Shown here piece by piece: positions 1 to 12,840 of a stretch of 64,000 nucleotides of DNA. Positions within the stretch are counted from its first letter, which is position 1; every line of letters starts with the position of its first letter. This DNA comes from Octopus vulgaris (Eukaryota), in the NCBI GenBank assembly GCA_951406725.2, contig OX597814.1, forward strand, positions 76,446,001-76,510,000, read 5' to 3'. The notes below the pieces were generated by a model that saw only the letters and a list, made by a program, of their open reading frames with translations, did no database searches and was not told the DNA's origin. The position numbers and the translations under genes are program-made.

Positions 1-141
1 GTAAGATATAGAGGTCTGATATTCTTTTGTCACTTGACCTCTCCTTCTGCTTTGTGTCTTTTCTCCATGCTTATGGTACTCTAGCTAACTGCTTATTGTC
101 TTCCATAATAGATGTATCATAGTTTCAAGATATTGAGAATC

Positions 142-377
142 TTGCAGTTCTATATTTAAGAGATGAGGAATTATGTACATTATTTACAATTGACAGATAT
201 CTGTCCTCATCTTGTTAACACAATGTTTCGGCTGATATATCCTCCAGCCTTCAGGTGTCTTGGGGGAAAATTTCCCCAAGACACCTGATGAATTCTGGAG
301 GGTATATCAGCCAAAATGTTGTGTTAACAATAAACAAGATGAGGACAAATATCCGTCAATTGTAGATAATGTAAATA
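142..377. mobile_element. Fold-back Penelope-like (PLE)-derived element with degenerate hammerhead ribozyme in each arm; 10-bp TSD
   Basis: Arms ~169-266 and ~274-380 are reverse complements. Right arm reads GACAC-CTGATGA...CAGCC-AAAATGTT-GTGTT; the left arm on minus reads GACAC-CTGA-AGGCTG...CAGCC-GAAACATT-GTGTT. ATTGAGAATC is repeated at 132-141 and 378-387. Confidence 0.7.
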
Positions 378-426
378 ATTGAGAATCCTATCAAAGTGAG
401 CTTAGTATGAATATTGAATAAAAAAC

Positions 427-2468
427 ATCATCATCATCATCATCGTTTAACGTCCGTTCTCCATGCTAGCATGGGTTGGACGGTTCGACCGGCAATCTGG
501 GAAGCCAGAAGGCTGCACCAGGCTCCAGTCTTATCTGGCAATGTTTCTACAGCTTGATGCCCTTCCTAACGCCAACCACTCCGTGAGTGTAGTGGGTGCT
601 TTTTACGTGCCATCTGCACAGGTGCCAGGCGAGGCTGGCAACGGCCACGGTCGGATTGGTGCATTTTACGTGCCACCGGCACGGAAGCCAGTCGAGGCGG
701 CGCTGGCATTGGCCACGATTTGGATAGTGCTTTTTACGTACCACCAGTCCAGGGGTCCTGGCATCTGCCGGGTGCCAGTCATAGGATTGGTTCAATTTCG
801 ATTCCGATTCCAATTTCACTTGCCCCAACAGGTCTTCGCAAGCAAGGGGGGTTGGCATGGGTGCCTGTTGTTGGATGAGGTTCGATATCGACTTCGCTTG
901 CCTCAACAGGTCTTTGTGTGTCCAAGAGAAGAAAGGCATGCATAAGTGGGCTGGACTCACTTGTCCTGCCTGGTCCTCTCACGCACACCATATTTCCAAA
1001 GGTCTCGGTCGCTGGTCATTTCCTCAGTGAGGCCTAAAGTTCGAAGGTCGTGCTTCACCACCTCGTCCCAGGTTTTCCTGGGTCTACCTCTTCCACGGGT
1101 TCCCTCAACTGCTAGGGATTGGCACTTTTTCACACACCTATCTTCATCCATTCTCGCCACATGACCATACCAGCGCAATCGTCTCTCTTGCACACCACAA
1201 CTGATGCTTCTTAGGTCCAACATTTCTCTCAAGGTACTAAAGCTCTGTCGAGTATGCACACTGACATTACACATCCATCAGAGCATACTGGCTTCATTCC
1301 TCGCGAGCTTACGCATGTCCTCAGCAGTCACGGCCCATGTTTCACTGCCATGTAGCATGGCTGTTCATACACATGCATCATACAGTCTGCCTTTTACTCT
1401 GAGCGAGAGGCCTTTAGTCACCAGCAGAGGTAAGAGTTCCCTAAACTTTGCCCAGGCTATTCTTACTCTAGCAGTTACACTTTCAGCGCACCCACCCCAA
1501 CTACTGACTTGGTCCCCTAGATAACGGAAGCTATCAACTACTTATAGTTTTTCCCCCTGGAAAGTGACGGAAGTTGTTTTCTGCAGATTTTCAGAGTTTA
1601 TTGCTCCTGAGCATCTGCCACATACAAAAACTATCTTCCCAGTTAGCCTTCCTTTGACATTGCTGCACCTCTTATGTATCCATAGCTTACACTGGGTACA
1701 TCTTATAGAGTTTCTACCTACACCTTTTCTACATATCGAGCAGGGCCATCTTTCTGAAGACATTTGTGGTTTGTCTACCTTCCTACTTATTAGTACTTTG
1801 GTTTTAGCTAGGTTGACTCTAAGGCCCCTCGATTCTAATCCCTCCTTCCACACCTGGAACTTCTCCTCCAGTTCTGATAGTGATTCAGCAATTAGAGCAA
1901 GGTCGTCAGCATAGAGGAGCTCCCAGGGGCAACCTATCTTGAATTCCTCCGTAATTGCCTGGAGGACTATGATAAATAGGAGGGGGCTGAGTACTGAACC
2001 CTGGTGGACCCCAACCTCTACTTTGAATTCTTCTGTGTACATGTTGCCAACCCTAACCTTACTTACGGCATCCCTGTACATGGCTTGCACAGCCCTCACC
2101 AGCCATTCATCTATTCCTAGTTTCCTCATTGACCACCAGATAAGGGATCGGGGGAACCTGTCAAAGGCTTTCTCCATGTCAACGAAAGCCAGGTACAGGG
2201 GCTTATCTTTGGCTAGGTATTTCTCCTGCAGCTGTCTCACCAGAAATATGGCATCAGTGGTGCTTTTCCCTGGCATGAAACCAAACTGCATCTCATCCAA
2301 GTTGACTCTCTCCCTAATCAGTTGGGCTATGACCCTCTCTGTAACCTTCATTACCTGATCCAACAGCTTGATACCTCTGTAATTATTTGTATCTAGAGCG
2401 TCTCCTTTACTTTTGTAGCAGTTGACTAGTATGCTGCTACACCAGTCATTGTGTATGACTCCATTGTG
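427..2468 (-). mobile_element. 5'-truncated RTE-clade LINE (reverse transcriptase with inserted PHD-like finger, 3' UTR, (GAT)n tail); pseudogenised
   Basis: ORF 1542-2507 has RT motifs (NYRGIKLL, QFGFMPGKSTTDAIF, FVDMEKAFD, GVHQGSVLSPLLF, LLYADDLAL). Same-frame ORF 957-1274 has the RTE C-terminus RRLRWYGHVARM...RGRGRPRKTW. In-frame stops lie between the two; (CAT)n at 427-444. Confidence 0.93.
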
Positions 2469-3921
2469 TATTGAATAAAAATTGAATAAAATTTGAATAA
2501 AAAACAATAGAAAAAGGAAATTCTGGGAAATTATTATTTAATTTCTTAAAATTATAGAAGATAGAAAACACATTGATATCTTTGCTTGCTTATGTTTTAT
2601 TGCTCTAACTGATGTGTTATGGTCAAATCACTCCAATTTTGTTATTAATCACATTACTCCTAGAAAGTTGTCCAGTTCAAGATATGCATCTAGATTGGTT
2701 TTTCAAAAATGCCTCTACTTTGGCAATCATACTATAACAGGGATTCTTTTTCAATCAGATTTCAAATCTTAAACTATATAGAATGGTTGTGTCTCATTTA
2801 TCCCAAGATCAAATCTGATTAAAAGATTTATGATCAAAGACATTTCACTGGTGATCACCCTATGTTTTTGGAGTACGTCTAAGTCTGTATTATCTAATAT
2901 ATCTTTTCTTTGTTTAAGATGGTAGGGTATGATTTATTTCCTGTAGCTTCAGTGGCCTCATAGAAGCACCTTTAATGGTCTATGTGTTTGCATATATTGT
3001 GAGTGGGTGTTTGATGTATCATTACTAAATTCAAAATAAACATGTAGCTTGAACTAGCAAGAAATTTGGAAAACTTGTGCTCAGAATGTAAACCTATTGA
3101 CCTTCAGCCACCAACCAGTCCCATATTTTATTATTAGACATCCTACTAGTCTTCTACAAGTCTCATATCATTACCTGATTCATCTCCTATTGAACCTTAA
3201 ATTGACATAGGGCAACTATGACCATGCATAGTTGTTCCAGTTAGATTTTATCCTTAAAAAAAATAACTTGGTGAAGAAAAACATTTCATCATTTTTTGTT
3301 TTTGTTTTTTTCCTCCTAGAAAATGTTGTTCATATGGTCAGACTCAACAGATCATGAATATCAAGTGACCTTTATATCTGATTCCACAATCATTGATAAG
3401 ATGGTTTTGGTTGCCCCCCCACCACCACCACCACCAAATGGCACTTAATCAAGCATCCAAATGCAACTTTTACCTCATTTTAATTGCTAACATTAAATGT
3501 TATCAACTCAAAGTATTTTACAAGCTATTCAGATATATTATCTGAGCAACTAGCTTTCTATATTTGCCTTTACATAATATCTTTATAACTGTACAAAATT
3601 TGATATAATGTCAATTATTATTATTTTTGGCTTTTTTATTGCGATTGTGTTTTTGACCTGCTGCATCAAAACTGTAGGCTATATATCTTAAATAACAGTT
3701 TTATTCTTTCAGTATGGATATAGTCACAAATAAACTCAACATTATTTTCATGTCTGTTTTTGTCAAATCATTACATCATTTAACTATCAAATTCTTCTTT
3801 CTTTCATCCAAGCCAGCAAATGTTTCCTGTTGTTTTTTTATGATTATAATTTTTACACTTGAGAATTTTATATATTATTTATTTATTATTGTCATCATAG
3901 AATTTCTAATTTATATAAGTA

Positions 3922-4333
3922 CTAACAGCTAAGCCCGGTTTCACCCGGTCTGTTTAGATGATGTGGCTGTGATCGTTTTTGGTTAGGCATAATTTATAAC
4001 AGTGTTTCTCAACCCTATCATTTCGGGTCCCCTGTTTCAATTGGAGCCTCCAGCTGTATGAAAATTTCCTGACTCCTCAACCTCTGTCAGAAAACAGCTT
4101 CAGGAATTCTGAAGAACGAATTTGTATGTAGTCTCGGGAAATTCCATTAGAACGTTTTAATCGATTTTCTCGATAACTATGGGGGCTAGGAACAAAATAC
4201 AAACCGCATTCCAATCTATGCACCCGTCTCCACATGTGTGCCATTTTTCATGCGAATCCACCCAGCTGTTTGGTTGTGAACCTCAAGACAAGAAAGAATA
4301 CAACGATCACCCATGTCCAATTTATATTATAGA
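3922..4333 (-). mobile_element. Non-autonomous Helitron-like element
   Basis: On minus: starts TCTATAAT, ends with CCGG-hairpin then TTAG (CTRR-like), inserted at A^T; same architecture as the other Helitrons in the window. Confidence 0.55.
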
Positions 4334-4667
4334 TTAATGGTAATAAAACTAAAAAGTCTACTTATCATCATCATCATTGTTTTAACATCCACTTTTCCAT
4401 GCTTGCATGGGTCAGATGGAATTTTGTTAAGGCAAATTTTCTATGATTGTATGCCCTTCCTGTCGCCATCAGGCAGTTGTTTCCAAATAAGGTAATATTT
4501 CCCTGTGATATGACACATTTTCATGAAAGATTGGAAATGAAGGACAGTGCTTGCATGATGGAGACATTTGTTTACAATTATCATGCCATGTCAAGACAAG
4601 GAGAGTGTAACACATGCTACCTGTATATATACAGTATATGTCTGTGTGTGTGTGTGTGTATAAATAT

Positions 4668-5290
4668 AATATGCTCCGCTGGATGTGCAATGTATGTGTA
4701 CGCATGCTACAGAGTGTTAGTATATTGAGAGAGAAGTTAAGCATAAGAGGAATTAGATGCAGTGTGCAAGATAGAAGACTGTTCTGGTTTGGTCATGTGA
4801 TGCAGATGGATGCTGACAGTTCTATAAAGAAGTGCCATTAACTCAAAGTGGATGTAACTTGTGGAACAAGGAGACCCAGAACGACATAGGATGAAGTACT
4901 GAAGGATGACCTCAAAATGCTGAACCTTTCAGATAAGATAACAAAGGATCAAATTACCTAGTACCTTGCTGTCATCAAAAAGACCCATCCTCTGCAGCAG
5001 AGGTGTGAAGGCTGCATCCCTGATGAAGAGGATTAGCCTGCAAGAGTCTTGTGCTGGTGCCTTGTAAAAAGCACTCATGCTGGTGCCATGTAGAAGCACT
5101 CATGCCAATGGCACATTAAAGCATGCAGCACACATGGTAAAGTGGTTAGCATTAGGAAGGGCATCCAGCCATAGAAACCAAGCCAAATCAGAGTGGAACT
5201 TTGTGCAGCTTACCAGCTCTGGTCAAACCATCCAAGCCATGCCAGCATAGAAAATGGATGTTAAAGGATGATGATAATGATGATGATATG
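4668..5290 (+). mobile_element. RTE LINE 3' fragment (diverged)
   Basis: MLRWMCNV...VQDRRLFWFGHVMQMD in ORF 4614-4841, followed by the RTE 3' UTR and GATGATGAT tail similar to 427-960. Confidence 0.8.
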
Positions 5291-5689
5291 TGGCCAGCTC
5301 CTGTCAAATTGTCTATCCCGTGGTAGCATGGAGAACAAATGTTAATTGATGATGTTTTGGTATGATTTTACCTACTCAGTAATAGGTGGCACCACAGTTA
5401 TTCAAAGCTCAACAGGAACTGCTGTTCTTATAGAGAAAAATTGCAAGCAGAACATTTGCTAATATGTGTAGAGGCTTACTGAGCTGAAATTAATTTAATA
5501 TAATCAAATGAAGCTGTCAAGATCAAAATAAGTGGTACATTTTTAACACATTCCCGTACATTAGAATGTGAATGGGATTCACTGCAACATTTTGTGTCAG
5601 AGAACCAAATTTCTCTTTATACTGTCTGTGTAAAAACAGATGAAGCTCCAAACAACTTCATCAGAATACCAGGCATGTTGTTTCAGCAT

Positions 5690-6020
5690 GATTCACCTCC
5701 TGGCACTCTACAAGCATAGAAGTGCTGCTAGGCAGGACTATCTGAGATGCATGCAGAGCAACAAAGCTGTTCTGCATGAACTTGTACAGTGCTTGAGTAT
5801 TGCCTACTTATGGAGTTATGTCAAAAGGCTGTTAATCATGTGTAGGACAAATTCGACTATCAGCTGAATTCACTGTGAGGACCTTTGACAAGGCAGGGCA
5901 GGTGGTATTCCTCTGTCTAGCAGTTTTGGCGAAAGAGGTTGTGTGGTAGACAAGGTTGAAAAGATTGAAGAAAGATACTTTTCTCTTTAGCCAAGCTCTC
6001 ATCACCTTGGAAAGAAAGAG
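5690..6020 (+). mobile_element. L1/Tx1-like ORF2 C-terminal zinc-binding fragment
   Basis: YLRCMQSNKAVLHELVQCLSIAYLWSYVKRLL resembles the CxxC..ET..H.L..C....LW motif. A frameshifted FLCLAVLAKEVVW*TR follows, typical of the L1/Tx1 C-terminus. Confidence 0.5.
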
Positions 6021-7414
6021 GGAACTTTTGTTTTCATAGCTCTAATGTATTATAACACTCTTTCACTTGAACATGCATTGCTTAATTGCTGGTTATATTT
6101 CAGTGTTTTTCTAAGCAGAATAGAATACCTCCAAGAACTTTTTGGAGAAATTATATTATTATATAACAATCATTTAATTTTAATTAAAATTTTATATAAC
6201 AGTGCCAATCAATTATTGTACTTTTTTTGTCACTGCTCTCATGGATTTCTATGATTCTCTGTCACCATCCAATTCCATTATTATGAATTTGAATTGAAAG
6301 CTTGAGTCATAGTGAATCTTTCAGTACCTGAGTACACAACCATGGACACACCCCTATGAATGTGTTGCAGTTACTCTCTTGATAGAGCTTGGTGATCCTA
6401 ATCATTGATCTTCTAAGGATTCCTCTTCTCAGCATCAGTATAAGAAGCACCATTGGCTCAGTTGAGCTCTATCTCTTCACAATCTGCCAAGCTGCAGTTC
6501 CATGATCTCACTGTATCCTTAGCAGGGTGGATGTATGGGTGCTATGCCTCGCCAAATGGCAGCCAGTAACTGTGCAAGGCAAAGTTGTCAGTCTGTGAGG
6601 TATTTTCAAAATACCAACATACCAATCCATTAATATACAACTGAACTCAATGATAATGATTTATTAATGATTATCAGTTAGCAAAATGTATCTTGCACAG
6701 ACTTTTTTGTAGTAAGCATCAAGACACGCACTGTTTTCTATTTAGTAGATATTTATTAGGTAGGTGACTAAATTTTCTCTTTGGAGAAATAAAACTAATT
6801 CGTAAAATGATTCAGTATTTGACTTTTTGTAATTGTTTTATTTCCTGCAAAGTTCAAATGAGAACCATGATGAAATAATGCTCTAACATTTGGAGCAGTG
6901 ATGCTGCTACGCATACAAACATCTCTGTCTATTCTGTGATGACTACATTGGCTTCTACTCTTGTTAATTAAGTACCTTCATCCAGGGTCACCTGATATAC
7001 CATCCTTTCCTCCTCTATTATGTCTTCTTTCCTAGGTTTTCTATTAACCACTTCACCTAATCCTTCCTAGAATATCAACTTACTGGCATTCTATATCTTC
7101 TTATGTTCTTCCTGCTGACATTGAAATTTTCATGCTAAGCAAACCATACAACTTGAGTTGAAGAAACAGGAAAATAAAAGAATTATATCCTGTAATCAAC
7201 AGGCACATTTGTCCAATTCCAGATAAAATCAAAATCATCATTGTCCTCATTGTGACTTCAAAGCAAAATCCATCCCAGAACTCAAATTGCATTCATACAT
7301 CCTTGCAAATAAAAGCTTTGCAGTTTCTTTTATTTTTAAACCTTCTTTTTTATAATCTTTTCCTTCAAACACACATGCATCAAAATTGACATGAGTGATT
7401 ATATCATCATCATC

Positions 7415-7459
<45 letters not shown>

Positions 7460-7479
7460 TATTATTATTATTATTATTC

Positions 7480-7855
7480 AGTAGCTTTATTTTTATAGCG
7501 TGCTTTCACTTCACTACCGAGCGCAGCTCTGTGTGCCTTGGGTATGTGCTGTGATTTGTTGTGATGCTCTGATGGTTATTGTATGGAAAGTGTTCTGCGT
7601 AGGATGTGTGCAGTGCCTAGTAGTGCAATTTTCTGTATGTTATATGTGTTTGTAAGTCCTGGTGTTTTTGTTATGTATTTGTCTGAATATTTTTTTATCA
7701 AGCCTAATGCACCTACTATGATAGGAATTGTTTCTGTTTTCAGATTCCACATTCTAGTTACCTCTATTTCCAGGTCTTTGTATTTTGAGAGTTTCTCCAT
7801 TTCTTTTAGAGACACGTTGTCATCAGCCAGTATTGATACATCAATTAGAAAGCAT
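7480..7855 (-). mobile_element. R4/Dong-like RLE non-LTR retrotransposon, 3' end, embedded in (TTA)n
   Basis: ORF 7576-7815: KLSKYKDLEIEVTRMW...IPIIVGALG...IQKIALLGTAHILRR, a restriction-like endonuclease C-terminus. (TTA)n tracts flank both sides (7417-7478, 7855-7914). Confidence 0.85.
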
Positions 7856-7879
7856 TATTATTATTATTATTATTATTAC

Positions 7880-7913
<34 letters not shown>

Positions 7914-7915
<2 letters not shown>

Positions 7916-8107
7916 GGTGGCAAGCGGGCAGGATCATTAGCACACCAGGTCAAATGCTTAGCGGTATTTTGTCTGCCGCTATGTTCTGAGTTCAAATTCC
8001 ACTGAGCTCAACTTTGACTTTCATCCTTTCAGGGTCGATAAATTAAGTACCAGTTGGACACTGGGATTGATGTAATCGACTGCCCTTGTGGCAAAATTTG
8101 AAACCAT
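7914..8107 (+). mobile_element. tRNA-derived SINE family A with (TTA)n tail (other copies ~9013-9210+, 17565-17716+, 43117-43328+, 48735-48948-, 50170-50600-, 52178-52392-, 53562-53775-, 59805-59998-)
   Basis: Recurrent ~200-bp unit with A-box-like TGGCAGAATCGTTAG and B-box-like GAGTTCAAATTC, then CTTTCATCCTTTC.GGGTCGATAAA.TAAGTACCAG. Confidence 0.8.
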
Positions 8108-8181
8108 TATTATTATTATTTTAAAAGGTTTAGCATAACTCCTCACAAAGATAAATAGACAATAGAAGAGTGTGATGCAAT

Positions 8182-8985
8182 TGCAATAGATATTTTATTG
8201 GTTTGAACAATATTGACAGAATGACATCATCAGTCTTCAATTTTCAAGTTTACAACTGGCAAAAGGAAAAAAAAAAAAAAGAAGAATATTTAATCAAACA
8301 GTTTTGTGTAAATATGATGAAATTTCCCTGTCATTTTGTTCATCCCTTCAGGGTATGATGTTAATAATTCACAAACATATTTCTCCTCATGCATTTTGAG
8401 GACTGAAAGTGTACATGTGGGACAGAGATAACCATTTGGTGTACACAGCAGAATGCGCCAAACACAACTTGATTTATGTTGGTTGTACAACAGAACAACT
8501 AAACAAAAGATTCAATGGACACAGATAGGATGTCAAGCACAATAACAGTAGTTCGACAGAACTTGCTGAACATTTTACATTAAATGGCTGGAATTGTGAA
8601 AAAGACTTGAAAGTACATATTCTCAGAAAATATTCTGAATCTGCTACACTTTCAGTCCTCAAAATGCATGAGGAGAAATATGTTTATTAACATCACTCCC
8701 CAGAGGGGTGAACAAAATGACAGGAGAATTTCATCACATTTACACAAAACTATTTGATTGAATTTTCTTTTTCTTTTCTCCCACACCTTTTTTCTTTCTT
8801 TTTCTTTTTGCCAGTTGTAAACTTGAAAATTGAAGACTGATGAGGTTATTCTGTCAAGGTTGGAACACAGTTTGCCCCATTCAAATTTTTAAATTTAAAT
8901 TTCTATGTATCACTTTTCATTTTGAACTTGACAAAGACAGGCAAGCTGTTGCAATATTGTTCAAACCAATAAAATATCTTTTGCA
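8182..8985 (+). mobile_element. Penelope-like element remnant: GIY-YIG endonuclease fragment flanked by inverted pseudo-LTRs
   Basis: 8433-8640 translates HLVYTAECAKHNLIYVGCTTEQLNKRFNGHR*D...ELAEHF (VIY...YIG..R...H pattern). C-terminal EEKYVCELLTSYPEGMN is present in the inverted arm. Arms 8182-8413 and 8645-8985; CTGATGA at 8837-8843. Confidence 0.85.
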
Positions 8986-9309
8986 TTCATATTATTTATT
9001 ATGACTATTATTAAGGCAGCAAGGTAGCAGAATCGTTAGCGTGCCAGACGAAATGCTTAGCGGTATTTCACACTTCACTACATTCTAAGTTCAAATTACC
9101 TTTCGTCCTTTCAGGGTCAATAAAATAAGTACCAGTTGAACACTGGTGTCAATGTAATCAACTCATCCCCTCCCCCAAATTGCTGCCATTGTGACAAAAA
9201 TTTTAAACCATTATTATTATTATTATTATTCACATACACTCAACAGATTAGACTGTTGGAAAAGAAAAGCATCCTAATATTGGGCTACAACAAGTAGCTT
9301 TACATACCA

Positions 9310-12300
9310 AGAACCCTTCTATTGGATTACAGCAAGTTTCTGTTCTCTTTATCTACTACTACCAAATCAGGCCTTCTAGCTTCTATTACTCTGTCAGTCT
9401 GAATGTTAAAGTCTCACATCTTGTATTTCTTACCTTCTAATACTTTACTAGGTTCATGTTCAGTATGTTCAAATCATAGCTTTCTACATAACTCCCTGTG
9501 GATTGCTCTCCCTAGATTGTCATGTCTTTTCTTGTATTCTTTCTGTGCCAGCATGCTACATTCACTTACAAAATGAGTAATGCTTTCCTCTTTTGATTCG
9601 GGTTTTTCTCTATCGTGGCTTTTAGCCAATTAGTCCTTAATGCTTGATCTTGTGCAGCAACTAACAAACTTTCTGTCTCCCTCTTCAGCTTTCCTTTCTG
9701 CAGCCATAACCATGTCTTACTACTACTACTACTACTTGCTGAAACTATCTTTTTGAATCTATCATGTTACATCTCCTGTCAGTCAGATAATTTCTGGGTT
9801 TTTTTCTTCAGATTTTTAAGTTTGTTTGGTGTTTTGGTTTCCCTATGTCTTGCTGTGACACTAGTAACTTTTAATAAACTCTTCACTGTTACCTACATAG
9901 GAGTCTATATCTACTCTAGCTAACTCCGTGCAGTCTTCTACTGATATTAACCCTCTTTCACCTTCCTTTCTAGGTAGATATAATCTTGCTACTCCTGACC
10001 TTGGGTGGAGTTTTCCATTCATATTGAATTCCTTCCTAGTTCTTCTGTCTAGCTTTGCTAATTCAGTTTTTGTCCAATCTACAAAAGCTGTTGAGTTATG
10101 ATATTGCTCAAGTATTTACAGCCTTCACTAGAATCAGACCATTTAGCTTTGACTTCATTACCCTTCTTACCCTTCTGATGTACTCCTTCTCAATTTTCGG
10201 TTTTCTTTCTGAAGTTAGTACTCTGTCAGATTCTAATGCTCCTAGATACTTATAACTCTCTCCTCTTTACAATGATTTTATTGTCTGGCCATCTGGTAAT
10301 TGGATGCCTTCGATGTTGACTACCTGTTCCCTTCTCATGACTAATATTGCACTCTTATCTATGCCAAATTCCATGCCTGTATCCTTCCTGAAGAGTTTTA
10401 CAGTCTGTATTAGGGAATCTCTCTTTTTCATTCTTACTAAAAAGCTGCAGATCATCCATGTTGAGCAAATGGTTAATTTTTCCCTTACTATTTCTGAACT
10501 GACACCCTGCATTGCCTTCCTTAATACTAAACTGAGGCTATCAAACATAAGACAAATATTAAAGGAGACAACTCCTCTAGGAAAACTCCTCTTTTGATAT
10601 TAACTTTCCCTAAGAGTGTGTCACCTGAGTATAGATCTACTTTCCATTTCTTCATGTTGCAGCTAATTAATTCTCTTATGTTGTCTACTATACTGAATAT
10701 ACTAAAACATTCACTTATCCATGCTCTTGTTAGATTTTTCTTTTTACTTCATTTAGAACTGCTTTATCTATATATAATAGATCTTGCGTTCCTCTAGCCT
10801 CCTGCAACCTTTCTGTTCTTCTGCTAGTAAACTCTGATTGTCAAGTTGCTCATAAATGCTTTCTGTTAACAGCTTCCACACTAATGGTAAGCAAGTGATT
10901 GGTTTATAGTTGCTAGCTGTATTACCCTTGCTCTTATCCTCCATAATGAGTATTGACCTCCCTCTAGTCATCCAATTTGGTATTATTCCTCCATTAAGGC
11001 AATCCTGAAGTTGTTCCCTCAGCCTCCCATGTAAACTACTGAATTCCTTTAGCCAGTACCCTTGAACTAATACTGGTCCTAGGCCCTTCCAATTCGGGAT
11101 TTTCCTAACACTTTACTCATTAATGCACTAGTTAATCTTAGATCTGGTTGCTTCTCACTCACTACTTCTTTCCTTATGTTCTCTATCCATACTGCATCTA
11201 CATTATGATTGACTGGTTTATCACAAATATTACTCCAGAACTTTCTAGCTTCCTCTGCATTAGGTTTCTCATTTTCAGTACTTTGTTTTCCACTATTTAT
11301 TTGGTCATAAAATCTCTGGTCTGTCTCAAATAATCTATTCTGTTAATACTAATCTATTCTTTTCTGATATCTGGGGAGCTTGCTTGCTACTGCTATGATA
11401 TGCTGTTTCAACTCTTCTATTATTGTCCCAAATCCTTTCTCTTTCACTAAGTATCTTTCCTTGAGGCAAGATTTGCATCTTGTGGCTCCTAACTTGTTTG
11501 TTTTCCAGGCTTCTATTCTACTCAGATCTTGTATTAAGGCTTCACTTTATTTTGTAGTCTTCTTTTTCACATTTGCTCTTTTTTAATATTTTCCTGTGAG
11601 CTATCTGATCTTCTGGTGATTACTCCCCCTCTTGCATAGATCAGTAAGTTAGTTTCTTCTATATCTTTAGTATCTGTCCTACTTATAACAGAATCTACTT
11701 TCCTAGTAATTTATTGTAGCTTCCTTCTGTTGCTTCCTTCGATGCCTTTTAATGCTGGCAATCTTTTTATTTCTTTACTCATTACTTCCTGCTACTCATC
11801 TAAAATCTTCTGACCTTCTTTACTTAAATCACTTAATTCATTGGTGCCAGTTGGCACTTCCTTATTGGTAGCACAATTATTATTTTTTCTTTTAAATTCT
11901 TCTGTGGTTTGAGCTATATCTCTTATGTTATTGTTTGTCTTTCTTTTCCAGTTCTCTTGTGATCTCTTCTACCTCCAATTCTGTCATCCACTTTCTTCTA
12001 ATAGCATTAACTTGATCAACTACTCTCTGCTCTGTTACTTTAAACATTCCCTTCTCTACCCAAAGTGTTAACATCCATTTTCTATAGCCCCTTCTTCTAG
12101 GTTCACTTTCTAAGCACTGTATTACTATCCTGTTTTCTTCACTGGTCCACTTCCTCCTCCTTACTCTATTATTTGCTTATGCTGTATTAGGATGACAGCT
12201 GTGGTCAGTCTGTATCTTTACTGATCCACTGTCAAGTGAAAGGCCTTCCTTTAAAGGTCCAGCTTCATTTTCGCTGTTACAACCAGAGTTCTTCGGAAAC

Positions 12301-12340
12301 TCCTGTCTCTCATAAACTGAGGTAAGGTAACGTTCATCAC
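9310..12340 (-). mobile_element. Long degenerate R4/Dong-like RLE retrotransposon
   Basis: Minus-strand fragments: RRKWTSEENR...GYRK...TEQRVVDQ (N-terminal), SNYKPITCLPLVWKLLT...EEQKGCRR (RT), GMEFGIDK, AAQDQALRTNW. Many frameshifts and stops. Confidence 0.85.
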
Positions 12341-12840
12341 CATCGTCATTATCACTATTATTTTTCAGCATATGAAAGTTTCAAGCAACTTTTTATTGCA
12401 TCATTTGTTGCACCTTTGGGCTAGTGGGGTGGTGTGTGCTGCATTTTTGGGATATTGTATTATATCAGTATGTTTTATTATGGGGTTTTGTTTGAGTTTT
12501 CTGTTGTATTAGTTTTTATATTGTGTTGTTTATGTAGCACTGGTTGTGTTCTGTTGGGTATCAACCTTCTATGGCACATGTTGTGGGTTTTGTTCATTTT
12601 GTTTGGTATTTACAGTATGAGTTTATTCCTGTATGTTTTTGAAGGGGTGTTGCATAGTAGTATGTGTTTGTGTAACTCCTAAATCAACTATTTTATAGTA
12701 TCTTTTGCTTGTTTATTATTATTATTATTATCATCATCATCATCATCATCATCATTATTATTATTATTATTAATATTATTATGATTATTATTTGTTTAGG
12801 TTTTTCAAAGGAATGTAGTTTTATACTTGGATATTCAGCC

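Noticed and set aside
463-991. ORFs of 70-160 aa over the RTE 3' UTR (similarly 15632-16138)
   Set aside because: Non-coding or antisense frames of the LINE 3' UTR; not conserved between the two copies.
5015-5050. CTGATGA in an RTE 3' region
   Set aside because: No stem II/GAAA or stem I pairing; chance match.
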